A stretch of DNA of 26,847 nt from Chthoniobacteraceae bacterium. Lineage in GTDB: Bacteria > Verrucomicrobiota > Verrucomicrobiia > Chthoniobacterales > Chthoniobacteraceae. The position numbers and the translations under genes are program-made. Positions 17,146 to 26,519 of the stretch are shown in pieces (the first letter of the stretch is position 1; each line of letters opens with the position of its first letter). The stretch covers positions 1 to 26,847 of the forward strand of contig JANNWY010000011.1 of the NCBI GenBank assembly GCA_031409335.1. The letters are read 5' to 3'. The notes under the pieces are model-generated. The model did no database searches. It worked only from the letters and a program-made list of their open reading frames with translations, and was not told the origin of the DNA.

Positions 17146-17718
17146 ATGCAGCTCGAACTTTTCTCCAGACTCACCGCCGCCGCGAAGCGCGCGTTCCGGC
17201 CCGTCGCACCGCCGGTTTCCGACGATCCCTGGCAGGAAAAAGCGCGCGCGCTTTTGCAAGCGATCGGCTGCGCGGACCTCGCGGCGAAAGTCATCGTGCG
17301 ATGGAACGCGCGGATGCGCAGCACCGCGGGCAACGCGTATCCGAACAAGGCGCTCATCAATCTGAATCCGCGCCTGCGCGAGTTCGGCGACGAGGAAATC
17401 GACCGCACGCTGCGCCACGAACTCGCGCATTTGCTCGCACATCATCGCGCGGGCCGTCGGCGCATCGCCGCGCACGGGCGCGAGTGGCGGACTGCGTGCG
17501 AGGAACTCGGCCTGTACGATGAAAAGCGCTGCCACGATCTGCCGCTGCCGCGCCGCCGGATGCAGCGGCAACATTTGTATCGCTGCTCCCATTGCGGTAC
17601 CGAAGTCGCGCGCGCGCGACCGATGCGGCGGAAATGCGCGTGCCTCGCCTGCTGCCGCGCGCACAATCGCGGGCGCTACGATGAGCGCTTCCGCTTCATC
17701 AAAGTCACGGCAACGTGA
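17146..17718 (+). CDS. SprT-like zinc metalloprotease domain protein
   Basis: WNARMRSTAG, INLNPRL, HELAH, HGREW and C-terminal CSHC...CLAC zinc ribbon. Starts 3 nt after the iscS stop. Confidence 0.88.
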   Translation: MQLELFSRLTAAAKRAFRPVAPPVSDDPWQEKARALLQAIGCADLAAKVIVRWNARMRSTAGNAYPNKALINLNPRLREFGDEEIDRTLRHELAHLLAHHRAGRRRIAAHGREWRTACEELGLYDEKRCHDLPLPRRRMQRQHLYRCSHCGTEVARARPMRRKCACLACCRAHNRGRYDERFRFIKVTAT

Positions 17719-20700
17719 ATTTCGCGCGGTAGAAACGCTTCGGCTGTCCGGCGATCGGCACGCTGTCGCGGACGATCAGCAGGCTGGCGGTGTTTTGCTC
17801 AATGACGAGGCCGGAGCTGGACCAGCTTCCGGGCGCGAAGTCGCTGGTCCATTCCACGGCGTATTGCACGTCGGTCGCGGATGGGTTGCGCGGAATCGTG
17901 AGGCGGAAATAGTCGCTGCCGCTGATGTTCTCGCGATCCGTGGTGATCGGTGTCGCGTTCGGTGAGTTGGGATTCGTCGCGAGTGCGTATTCGGTAAGGT
18001 TGTCGTGCGCGTCGAAGTCGGGATTCATGTTCGCGGCGGCGTTGGGATTGGTGGAGCCTCCGGCGAAATTGGCGAGCTGCCACGCGGCGAAAGGTGAGCT
18101 GGTGAACGCGAGATCGGCGAAGCTGCGCGCGTTGCCATCATCCGCCCACAGACGCAGCGTGTATGCGCCCCCGATGGTGAAGCTCGCGGTCGTCGCGGGC
18201 GCGTTCGCATTTCCAAAAACGACGGAGCCCGGCGCGCTGGCGGCGGTCCAGAGCGTCGTGAAAGGCGCGGGCAGGCCGTCGTCGGTGACGCTGCCATTCA
18301 GGGTGAGCGGCGAGGTCGGATTCGCGGGCGCGGTGCCGGGATTGACGACGGGCGCTTTGTGCAGCGGGACGACGCTGAAGTTGGTGAAGGTCGCGGTATT
18401 CAGGCCGACGCCGCCGCCCGCGTTGTCGCAGTAAAGCCCGGCCTGCACGGTCGCCTGCACGAAGACATTGCGCGGCGGCCCGAGCTGCGCCCACGCTCCG
18501 GCGACTCCGGCGGCGTCGGGCGCGTGCAGCGCGGTGATTTGATTGCCGCTGCGGATGAAGCGCAGCCAGCGTTTTTTTTGCGTGATGCCATTCAGTCCGC
18601 TCGTGCCGCCTTTCGGATTCGTGCGCCAGACGAACGACGGATACGAGCCGGTCGGAATGCGCCCCACGAAAGCCATCGCGCCGTTGTCCATCGTGTCGCG
18701 AATCATGATGCCCGAGCGCGCGTCGGTCGCGCCGGAAGTGGCGTCGAGCTGCAGCACGGTGAGGATGAAATCGCCCGCGAATTGTTGTCCCCAAAACAGT
18801 CCCGAGCCATCGAGCGAACCGCGGCCCTGCAGCGTGTGCGTGCTGGTCCCCGCGTTGTAGGAGTAGATGCCGGTCTGCGGGCCATCGCCGAAATCCTCGA
18901 CGATCGTGGCCGGGCCGGTGGGCGCGGGCGTGAGCGCGATGTTGTCGAGCGTGGCGCTCGCGGCGGCGGTGTCGCTGCCGCTGTGGGCGGTGAGGCTGTA
19001 GTCGGCGCTCGCATCCATCGCGATGATGGTCGGCGCGCCGATCGCGATCCAGGCGCCGGGCGCGCCCGCGCTGTCGGCAGCATACGACGCGGTGATCGTG
19101 TCCGTGGCTTCGACGCGCTCCAGTTTCACCCACAGCGGCAGCGGCAAACCAGCGACGCTCGTCGCGGTGTCCACGGTGTTGTTCGTGACGCGCGGGCGGA
19201 AGCGCAGCGTCTGGCCGGACGCGCTCCAGACTAGCGCGGCGCGGCGCGCGTAGCGGTGCATCGAATCGCGAATGCTCACGCCTGCCTCCACGCCCGCACC
19301 GGTGATGCGCGCGACGATCGTGCCGTCGCCGGTGATCTGCCGCGTGACGGCGTGCGCGCGATCCGAATTCGTCCCGTAACCAATGCCCGTCGCCGCCAAG
19401 ATCCAACTGCTTCCCGACTGGCCCGAGTAGCCGGGAAGCGTGTTCGGGCCAAGGTCTGCGGTGATCCAGTCCGCCGGCACGAGGCTCGCGGTGCCGCCGA
19501 TATTTACGGAAATCTGATCGCGCGCGGTGAACTGCCCGTCGCTCACGGTCACGCGCACGAGATACGTTCCGGGTGCGGAGAAAATCGCGGGCGTGCTCGC
19601 GGCGGTCGGCGTGCCAAAGGTGATCGCGCCCGGCCCGGCGACCTGCGTCCACGCATACGTGAGCGCCTGCGGCAGTCCGTCGTCCGCGGCGGTCGCGGCA
19701 AACTCGACGCCATTTCCCGGCGCGACGACCGTGCCCTGCGCGCCCGGCGAGCTGATGAAAACGGTCGGCGGCAAATCGTTGTCCTGCACATTCACGCTCG
19801 CGTAACCGAGCCCGCCGATATCGTACGAACCCGTGCTGATTTGCACGAGCACGGCCTCGCTGCCCTCGGTCACGGCGTCGTTGACGGGCAGGATGGTGAT
19901 CGTCCGCGAAGTCTGCGCGGCGCTGAACACGAGCGTGGTGATCGGCGTCGGCGAAGTCGTGAAATCCGCGCCGCTCGTCGCGGTGCCGGTCGTCGTGAGA
20001 TTCACGGTCAGCGCGCCGGTCGTATTGCCCGTGCGCGTGATCGTGAAGACGCCGCTCGCGCCACCTTCCACCGCCGTCGGCGTGGTCGCGGCGATGGTCA
20101 CGGTATTGCGATCGTCGTCCGCGATGGTGAGCGTCGCGCTCGACGGCGCACCGACGACGTAACCCGCGCCGATCGCGACCGTGATGATCGCCGTCTCCGC
20201 GCCTTCCACCGTCGCATCCTGCACCGGCGTGAGCGTGAACGTCGCGCTCGCCGCACCGATTGGAATCGTCGCCGTCGTATTGATGCCCGAATAATCTGTC
20301 GCTGCCGTGGCCGTGCCGGTGCGCGTGAGATTCACGGTGAGCGCCGCCGTCGTCGCGCCGGTGCGCGTGAGCGTGAGGCTCGCGGTGTCGCCGGTTTCCG
20401 CGGCGTCCGTGTCGGCGGAGGAAATCGTGATGATCGGACTGCTGCTGTCAGTGATCGTGAAGGTGTGCGTCGCAATCGTCCCGGCGAGCGCGCCGACGGG
20501 ATTCGAGAGCGTGAGCACGACCGTCTCGCTCGGCTCGATCGCGGCTTCATCGAGCAGCGTCAGCGGCACGAATTGCACGGTGTCGCCGGGGTTGAAAGTG
20601 ACGGTGCCCGTCGCGGCGGTGAAGTCAGCGCCCGCCGTCGCGGTGCCTGCGGTGATCGCGTAATCCACCGTCGCCGCCATCGTCGCGGGAACGCTGAGCG

Positions 20701-23700
20701 TCACCGGAATTTGCACGGTCGTATTCGCCTCGGCGGCGCTGCTGCTCGCGGCGGCGAAGGCGACGAAGGGCAGCGACGGCGGTGAGTCGTCATCGACGAT
20801 GACGTAGGTGAATTGCGAAATCGTTCCGAGCCGCGCGCCGTTCGCATTGCGCAGCACGATCATCACCGGTTCGTCCGGCTCCGGCATCGTGTCGTTTTGG
20901 ATCGCGATCGGGATGTTCTGCGTGGTGACGCCGATGGGGAAAGTGAGCACGCCTTCGTTCAGCGTGAAGTCGATGCCCGCGGCGTTCGCGCTGGTCGTCG
21001 TCGTGTTGCGCCAGACGAGTTGCGGCGCGGTGCCGGGCGTGCCGCCGAGGAAAACGGAGCGGGCGCGGCGCGCCGTATTTTCGCGCACCATCACGCCGGC
21101 CTGCGGCGCGGAAGCGGTGCTTTGCACGGATGTGATGCGCGCCGTCAGCGTGAAATCGCCGCTCACCGGCGCGGCGACAAAATACGTGTCGTCGCTCGTC
21201 CCGTTCACGCCATCGGCGCTCGCGGTGATCGTGTACACTCCGCCCACGACTGAGTCCGTACCTTGCAGCGCGGTGAAGCCGACGGTGCGCCCGAGCAGCG
21301 TCGGCAGCGGGCCGGGCGTCAGCGTCACGTTGTCGATCAGCGCGGTCGCGAGCGTGCCTTCGCTTTGCGAGAAAACGGCGAGGCCCGCGAGCACTTCGGG
21401 ACCGAACACGAGGTCGAGATTCGTCCCGACCTGCGTCCACGAAACGCCGTCGCCCGATTGGAAAGTGCTGAGCACGCCGCCCACGCGCTGCACGCGCGTC
21501 CACAGCGGCGCGCCTTGTTGCAGCGTCACCTTCGCCTCACTTCCGGCGGCGGTAGTGCGATGGTGAAATTCAAATCCGCTTGCCGGCGTCGCCGCCATGT
21601 AGCCGCGCCGCACATTATTTGTGGGAACTCCCTCGCGGATCATCACGCCCGCCGTCGCGAGCGCGTTGGTGTTCGTCTGCGAAACGACGCGCGCGGTGAT
21701 CGTGCAATTCGCCGCATTCGTGATCGGGAAATACGCGAAGAAACCCTGGTCCGTGGTGCCCTCCACATTGTCGCCCGCGCCCGCGACGGTATAAGTGCCC
21801 GCGCTCACATTCACGCTGCCCGCGAGTGCGGTGCTGCCGATGTTCGCGCTCGCGAGCGCGCCCTGCGTTCCGCCCGCGGAGAGATTCGTCACCGTCACAT
21901 TGTCGAACACCGCCGTGCAAAGCGCGCCGGTATTGAACGAGCAAACATAAAGCCCGGCCTGATAACTCGCGCTCGCCATCGCGATGGTCTGCGTGCTCAC
22001 CAGCGTCCAGGTCACATTGTCGGGGGAAATGTAGCCATTCACCGTGCTGCCGATGCGCTCGGTGCGCACCCAGTACGGTAGCGGCGAAGGCGCGGCTCCA
22101 GTCGCGGTGCTCGAATTTCGCGAGCCGGTATCGACGAGATATTCCACCGTGACCGGCGACGCGGGACTCGCGCTCAGTGTCACGGGAATGTTCACCGTTC
22201 CCGCCGCTTCCGTGCCCGTCGCGCTCGTCGTGGGAAAGCCCACGCTGATCGCCGGAGTCTCGTCGTCATTCAGATAAAAAGTCGCGGGCGCACCGCGTCC
22301 GTACGCACCCGCTGCGAGCGTGAGCACGATCGTTTCCGTGCCCTCGGCGAGCGCGTCATTCGTCGGCGTGATCGGCACATCCACGCCGGTCGCGCCCGCC
22401 GCGATCGTCGCGGTGCCGGCGACGGCGGCGTAGTCCGTGCCGTTTGTCGCGGTGCCGCCTATCGTGAAATTCACGGTCAGCGCCGACGCCGTGCTGCCGG
22501 TGCGCGAAAGGAAGAAGCTCGCCGCCGATCCAGTCTCCGTGAGGCTTGGCGGGTAGTTGCCCGCGTACGCATCGGCGAAAACCGTCGGCTGTTCATCGTC
22601 GTACATCCAGATCGTCGCCGCGCCGCTCGGGGCGAAAACCTGATACGCCGCGCCGGGCGTGATCGTGAGCGTCAGCGTTTCGAGATCCTCCGCGAGCGCG
22701 TCGTTCGTTGGCGTCACCGTGACTTCGACGACGTTCACGCCATTCCCCGGAATGCTGACGCTGCCCGGCAGCGCGGTGAAATCCACGCCGCTCGTCGCCG
22801 TGCCGCTGATCGAATAATTCACGACCACATTTCCCGCCGCCGAACCTTTCAGCGAAAAGCGAAAACGCCCGACGGTGCCGCTCTCAACCGCATTGTCCAC
22901 GCCGAGCACTTCGACATAAACCGGATCGCCGCCGTCGTTGATCGTCACGTTCGCCGTGTTCACCGCGCCGAGCCGGTAGTCGGTCGGACCCGCGCCGAGT
23001 TGCAGCGTCACGCTTTCCGGCGCTTCGCCGATGCCATCGAAACGCGGAATGATCGTGATCGCGCCGCTCGCCTGACCCGCCGGAATCGTGAGCACGCCGG
23101 GCAGCGATTCGTAATCGACGCCATGCAGCGCCGTCGCCGTGGTGCCGCCGCTCGTGCCTGCGACCGCGTAGTACACGGTCAGCGGTTGCGAGGTGTCGCC
23201 GCTGCGCGAAACGAGATACGTCGCCGTGTCGGCGGCAGTGCCGGGAATGCTGAGGTCGCGCTCCGTGGCGACAGCATCGGCGGCGGTGAGCGTCAGGATT
23301 TGCGCGTCGTCATCGACGATCGCAGCGGTCGCGCTGTTCGCGACGGGATCGGCGATCAGCGCGGCGGTGCTCGCGATTTTCACGATCACAGTTTCGAGCG
23401 GTTCGGAGGTCGCGTCGTTGAGGCTCGCGATGAGCAGCGGCGCGCTGGCGGCACCGGCGGGAATGTTCAGCGTTCCACCAAGCGTCGTGAAATCTGAGCC
23501 GCTCGTGGCAGTGCCGGATATGACGAAAGGGACCGATAGGGCGGATGCGGTGGAGCCGGTGCGCGTGAAGACGATGGACGCGGGCGTTGCCGAGCCTTCG
23601 ATGGTTTTTGCCTCGCCGAGCGTGAGGCTGATTTTCGGCAGTGCGGTGTCGTCGTCGTTGATCACCACGGTCGCCTGCGCGAGTCCGTCGAGCAGGTAGC

Positions 23701-26419
23701 CGTTGCCCGGGCCGAGTTCGAGGATCACCGTCTCCGGGCCTTCGGCGGAGCCGTCGTTGGTCGGCGTGATGTTCACGAGCAGCGTGTCTTCACCCGCCAC
23801 GAAAGTCAGCGTGCTAAAGCTTTGCGAGCCCGCGCCCAGCGTGGGCGTAAGCGTGTAATCGGTGCTGCTGACCGCCGTGCCTTTCGGGCTGATGACCGAC
23901 ACCGCGAGCACTTGCGAAGCGTCGCCCGTCCGCGTGAGCGTGAACTGCGCGGGACTCGCCGCGACGTTTTCCACCGCCACCGGCACGCTCGCCGCGATGC
24001 TGACGCGCGGCGTCGCCGCCGCCTCGAAATCCGCGCCCGCGAAACTCGGCCCGACGGTGATGTTGTTGTTAAAAAGCTCCGCGAAATTGTAGCCCGCGAG
24101 CAGCGCCGAGAGCGTGTAGGTCGTCGCGGTCAGATTCGGAATCGTGTAGCGCCCGTCGCTGTCGGTGACGACCGCGTTGGCCGCGTTCGCATTCACCAGC
24201 ACGCCCTCAAGGCCCGCGCCATCAAGTGTCACGCGCCCGCTGATCGTGAATTTTCCGCCGCCATTTCCCACCGTCACGAGCTGGCTGCGCGTCACCGTGC
24301 CGCCTTTCATATCGGACACCGTGCAGCTCACCACGTAGGTGCCCGCCGTGGTAAAAGTGCGCGCGATCACCGCCGCGTTCGGCGAGATCGTGCGGTAGTT
24401 GGCGTCGCCGAAATGCTGCCACGAATACGCCAGCGCATCGCCGTCGCCATCGCTCGCCGTCGCGGTGAAAGTGACCGGCACATTCAGCGGCACGACCGCC
24501 GCCGATACCGCGAGAGCCAGCACGGGCGCTTGATTCGCGGGGAATGCGCCGATGTTCACGACCACATCGACGCTCTTCGGTTCGCCCGCCGTCGCGGATG
24601 TCACCGCGATCGTGGTGAGGTGAATGCCAGCCTCCGTATCCGAGAAGGTGCGACCGAGACTGACGGGTGAATCGTCCTTGCCAAAAGCGCTGCCCGGCGT
24701 GGTGTCGATGAGCTGCCAGTTGCTCCCGCCCGCGCCGGGAAATTTCCAGCCGAGGATCAGCCCGAAGTCCGCCCAAGTGCGCGTCGCGTGGCCGGTGTAA
24801 AGGCCGCGCAGCTCGCCCCAATACGTGCGCGCGCCATCCTTGCGGATTTTCAGCGCGAAGCGTTTCGCCGGATCGAGGATCGCCTGATCCTGCGCGAAGA
24901 TGCGATACACGCCGCTCGCCGTGACCTCGCTCACGAAGTCATTCGGCAGCCAGCGGATTTGGTTTTTCCCCTGCGCATTGTAATGGCCGTTCGGCAGGCC
25001 GATGCCGCCCATCACATCCCAGTGTCCGCCGTATTCACCGTTCGCCCCCGCACCGATCGCACTCGTGCCTGCGGTGTCCCAAAAATTCGCGTGCGCGAGT
25101 CCGAAGGCGTGGCCGATTTCGTGCGCGGTCACATCCACGCCGTCGCCGTAAATCCACACGCTGCTGCCGCCGCCGTAACCACCCGCCGTCCGCGGCCCGC
25201 CGCGCAGCCGGACCACGATGCAATCGAATTCTCCGTCATCAAAGCCGAGCTTCCGCGCCTCGGCGCGCGCGTGCGAATGTTCGAGCCCGAGCCCGTCGAT
25301 GGTGCCGCCGTTCGACGTGTCCTTTTGAATGTACCACGCCTCATTGTGCGGCAGCCGGATCGGCGGCGTGACGGTCGAGAGCAGCGTGAGTTTTCCGTAG
25401 GAAGCCTTCGCGTAATGATCGCCCACATCGCGCATCAGTTCGTAGAGCTTCGATTCGGAGGAAGGCTGATCGTTTTGATCCGCGAAAGTCATCGGAATCA
25501 CGAGCACGCGCACATTGCCGATCGAAGGCGTCGGCGCCGCGGGCAGGATGCCGGTGAACGCGGTCGGCCCGCCCGTGGCGCCTTCCGCGTAGATGAGCTG
25601 CTCGCGATAAACGGTGACGTGCGAGCCGTCGCAGAGATACACGACTTCGCCAAACGCTTCGATGGCCGGAGTCGCCTCGGTGATGGCCTCGGTGTGATGT
25701 TCCGCTGGCAGCGAAGATTTCCCCGACACCGGGCACACCGCGACCGCGGGCTTCGCCGAATCGGGAATCTCGCCGATTTCGAGCGTGCGAAACGGATCTT
25801 CGCTCACGGCAAATTCCTGATCGAGCGCGACGCCATGCAGCGAAGCATTCGCGCGTGAAAGCACATCCTCCCCGCGCCGTCCGTACACGCGAGCCTCGTA
25901 GGTTTTCCCCGAAGCCATCTCCGCCACGCGCACCGTCGGCGCCGCCGAGCGATTATCCGCGCCGACGCCCTGATACACCCGCAACGCCCCGCGCCCATTC
26001 ACGCGCTCCTCAATCCGCGCGAGCACCGCTGCTGGAAGCTGCTGTCGCACGACCATCGGCACCGCATTTTCCAAAGCCGCGCGCGGATCGCTGATGATCA
26101 TCGTTTTGAAAACAGACCGCCGCTGCTCGGCGAGTCGCACGCCTTCTGTTTCGAGGTTTGCGCGTTCTGCCGAAGGCGCGGCGAGATACTGCTGCGTCCA
26201 AGTCTGAAAGCGCGCGACCAGCGAATCGGCGACGGCAGGAAGCGCGGCCACCGTTGGTTTCGCGGGCTCGGGAAACGCGACCGGAGTTTCCACCACTGGC
26301 GCGGCTGCCAGTGGTGCGCTGGATGAAACAATGTGAGCTGCTTCGCGCGGGCGAAAAACGATCGCGGCAAGAACAAGGAAGAGGACTGAGGTTACGACAG
26401 CAAAGCGTTTTGGATTCAT
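17705..26419 (-). CDS. Giant secreted M11/M6-like metzincin protease with PKD, multiple Calx-beta, ConA-like (DUF1349-like) domains and C-terminal module (~2900 aa)
   Basis: Likely start MNPKRFAVVTSVLFLVLAAIVF (ATG 26419; the ORF track extends to 26467). HEIGHAFGLAH (25123-25091) and Met-turn EYGGHWDVMG. Many 'GTA..G.DY...ND..EG.ETV.L.L...DDD' Calx-beta units, DDGLP...GPG...GTY PKD units and 'AGVMIRE...W.R.ER' ConA-like units. Ends KRFYRAKFTLP*. Confidence 0.9.
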   Translation of the reverse strand: MNPKRFAVVTSVLFLVLAAIVFRPREAAHIVSSSAPLAAAPVVETPVAFPEPAKPTVAALPAVADSLVARFQTWTQQYLAAPSAERANLETEGVRLAEQRRSVFKTMIISDPRAALENAVPMVVRQQLPAAVLARIEERVNGRGALRVYQGVGADNRSAAPTVRVAEMASGKTYEARVYGRRGEDVLSRANASLHGVALDQEFAVSEDPFRTLEIGEIPDSAKPAVAVCPVSGKSSLPAEHHTEAITEATPAIEAFGEVVYLCDGSHVTVYREQLIYAEGATGGPTAFTGILPAAPTPSIGNVRVLVIPMTFADQNDQPSSESKLYELMRDVGDHYAKASYGKLTLLSTVTPPIRLPHNEAWYIQKDTSNGGTIDGLGLEHSHARAEARKLGFDDGEFDCIVVRLRGGPRTAGGYGGGSSVWIYGDGVDVTAHEIGHAFGLAHANFWDTAGTSAIGAGANGEYGGHWDVMGGIGLPNGHYNAQGKNQIRWLPNDFVSEVTASGVYRIFAQDQAILDPAKRFALKIRKDGARTYWGELRGLYTGHATRTWADFGLILGWKFPGAGGSNWQLIDTTPGSAFGKDDSPVSLGRTFSDTEAGIHLTTIAVTSATAGEPKSVDVVVNIGAFPANQAPVLALAVSAAVVPLNVPVTFTATASDGDGDALAYSWQHFGDANYRTISPNAAVIARTFTTAGTYVVSCTVSDMKGGTVTRSQLVTVGNGGGKFTISGRVTLDGAGLEGVLVNANAANAVVTDSDGRYTIPNLTATTYTLSALLAGYNFAELFNNNITVGPSFAGADFEAAATPRVSIAASVPVAVENVAASPAQFTLTRTGDASQVLAVSVISPKGTAVSSTDYTLTPTLGAGSQSFSTLTFVAGEDTLLVNITPTNDGSAEGPETVILELGPGNGYLLDGLAQATVVINDDDTALPKISLTLGEAKTIEGSATPASIVFTRTGSTASALSVPFVISGTATSGSDFTTLGGTLNIPAGAASAPLLIASLNDATSEPLETVIVKIASTAALIADPVANSATAAIVDDDAQILTLTAADAVATERDLSIPGTAADTATYLVSRSGDTSQPLTVYYAVAGTSGGTTATALHGVDYESLPGVLTIPAGQASGAITIIPRFDGIGEAPESVTLQLGAGPTDYRLGAVNTANVTINDGGDPVYVEVLGVDNAVESGTVGRFRFSLKGSAAGNVVVNYSISGTATSGVDFTALPGSVSIPGNGVNVVEVTVTPTNDALAEDLETLTLTITPGAAYQVFAPSGAATIWMYDDEQPTVFADAYAGNYPPSLTETGSAASFFLSRTGSTASALTVNFTIGGTATNGTDYAAVAGTATIAAGATGVDVPITPTNDALAEGTETIVLTLAAGAYGRGAPATFYLNDDETPAISVGFPTTSATGTEAAGTVNIPVTLSASPASPVTVEYLVDTGSRNSSTATGAAPSPLPYWVRTERIGSTVNGYISPDNVTWTLVSTQTIAMASASYQAGLYVCSFNTGALCTAVFDNVTVTNLSAGGTQGALASANIGSTALAGSVNVSAGTYTVAGAGDNVEGTTDQGFFAYFPITNAANCTITARVVSQTNTNALATAGVMIREGVPTNNVRRGYMAATPASGFEFHHRTTAAGSEAKVTLQQGAPLWTRVQRVGGVLSTFQSGDGVSWTQVGTNLDLVFGPEVLAGLAVFSQSEGTLATALIDNVTLTPGPLPTLLGRTVGFTALQGTDSVVGGVYTITASADGVNGTSDDTYFVAAPVSGDFTLTARITSVQSTASAPQAGVMVRENTARRARSVFLGGTPGTAPQLVWRNTTTTSANAAGIDFTLNEGVLTFPIGVTTQNIPIAIQNDTMPEPDEPVMIVLRNANGARLGTISQFTYVIVDDDSPPSLPFVAFAAASSSAAEANTTVQIPVTLSVPATMAATVDYAITAGTATAGADFTAATGTVTFNPGDTVQFVPLTLLDEAAIEPSETVVLTLSNPVGALAGTIATHTFTITDSSSPIITISSADTDAAETGDTASLTLTRTGATTAALTVNLTRTGTATAATDYSGINTTATIPIGAASATFTLTPVQDATVEGAETAIITVAIGAGYVVGAPSSATLTIADDDRNTVTIAATTPTAVEGGASGVFTITRTGNTTGALTVNLTTTGTATSGADFTTSPTPITTLVFSAAQTSRTITILPVNDAVTEGSEAVLVQISTGSYDIGGLGYASVNVQDNDLPPTVFISSPGAQGTVVAPGNGVEFAATAADDGLPQALTYAWTQVAGPGAITFGTPTAASTPAIFSAPGTYLVRVTVSDGQFTARDQISVNIGGTASLVPADWITADLGPNTLPGYSGQSGSSWILAATGIGYGTNSDRAHAVTRQITGDGTIVARITGAGVEAGVSIRDSMHRYARRAALVWSASGQTLRFRPRVTNNTVDTATSVAGLPLPLWVKLERVEATDTITASYAADSAGAPGAWIAIGAPTIIAMDASADYSLTAHSGSDTAAASATLDNIALTPAPTGPATIVEDFGDGPQTGIYSYNAGTSTHTLQGRGSLDGSGLFWGQQFAGDFILTVLQLDATSGATDARSGIMIRDTMDNGAMAFVGRIPTGSYPSFVWRTNPKGGTSGLNGITQKKRWLRFIRSGNQITALHAPDAAGVAGAWAQLGPPRNVFVQATVQAGLYCDNAGGGVGLNTATFTNFSVVPLHKAPVVNPGTAPANPTSPLTLNGSVTDDGLPAPFTTLWTAASAPGSVVFGNANAPATTASFTIGGAYTLRLWADDGNARSFADLAFTSSPFAAWQLANFAGGSTNPNAAANMNPDFDAHDNLTEYALATNPNSPNATPITTDRENISGSDYFRLTIPRNPSATDVQYAVEWTSDFAPGSWSSSGLVIEQNTASLLIVRDSVPIAGQPKRFYRAKFTLP

Positions 26420-26519
26420 TGGGGAATTGGGCACGGCAGATTTGCCACACATCGCCCTTTTGTCCATCGCCGCAAAAGCGCCCGCACAGCAGACTATTGC
26501 GCTTCAAAGGCGTCGAGGA

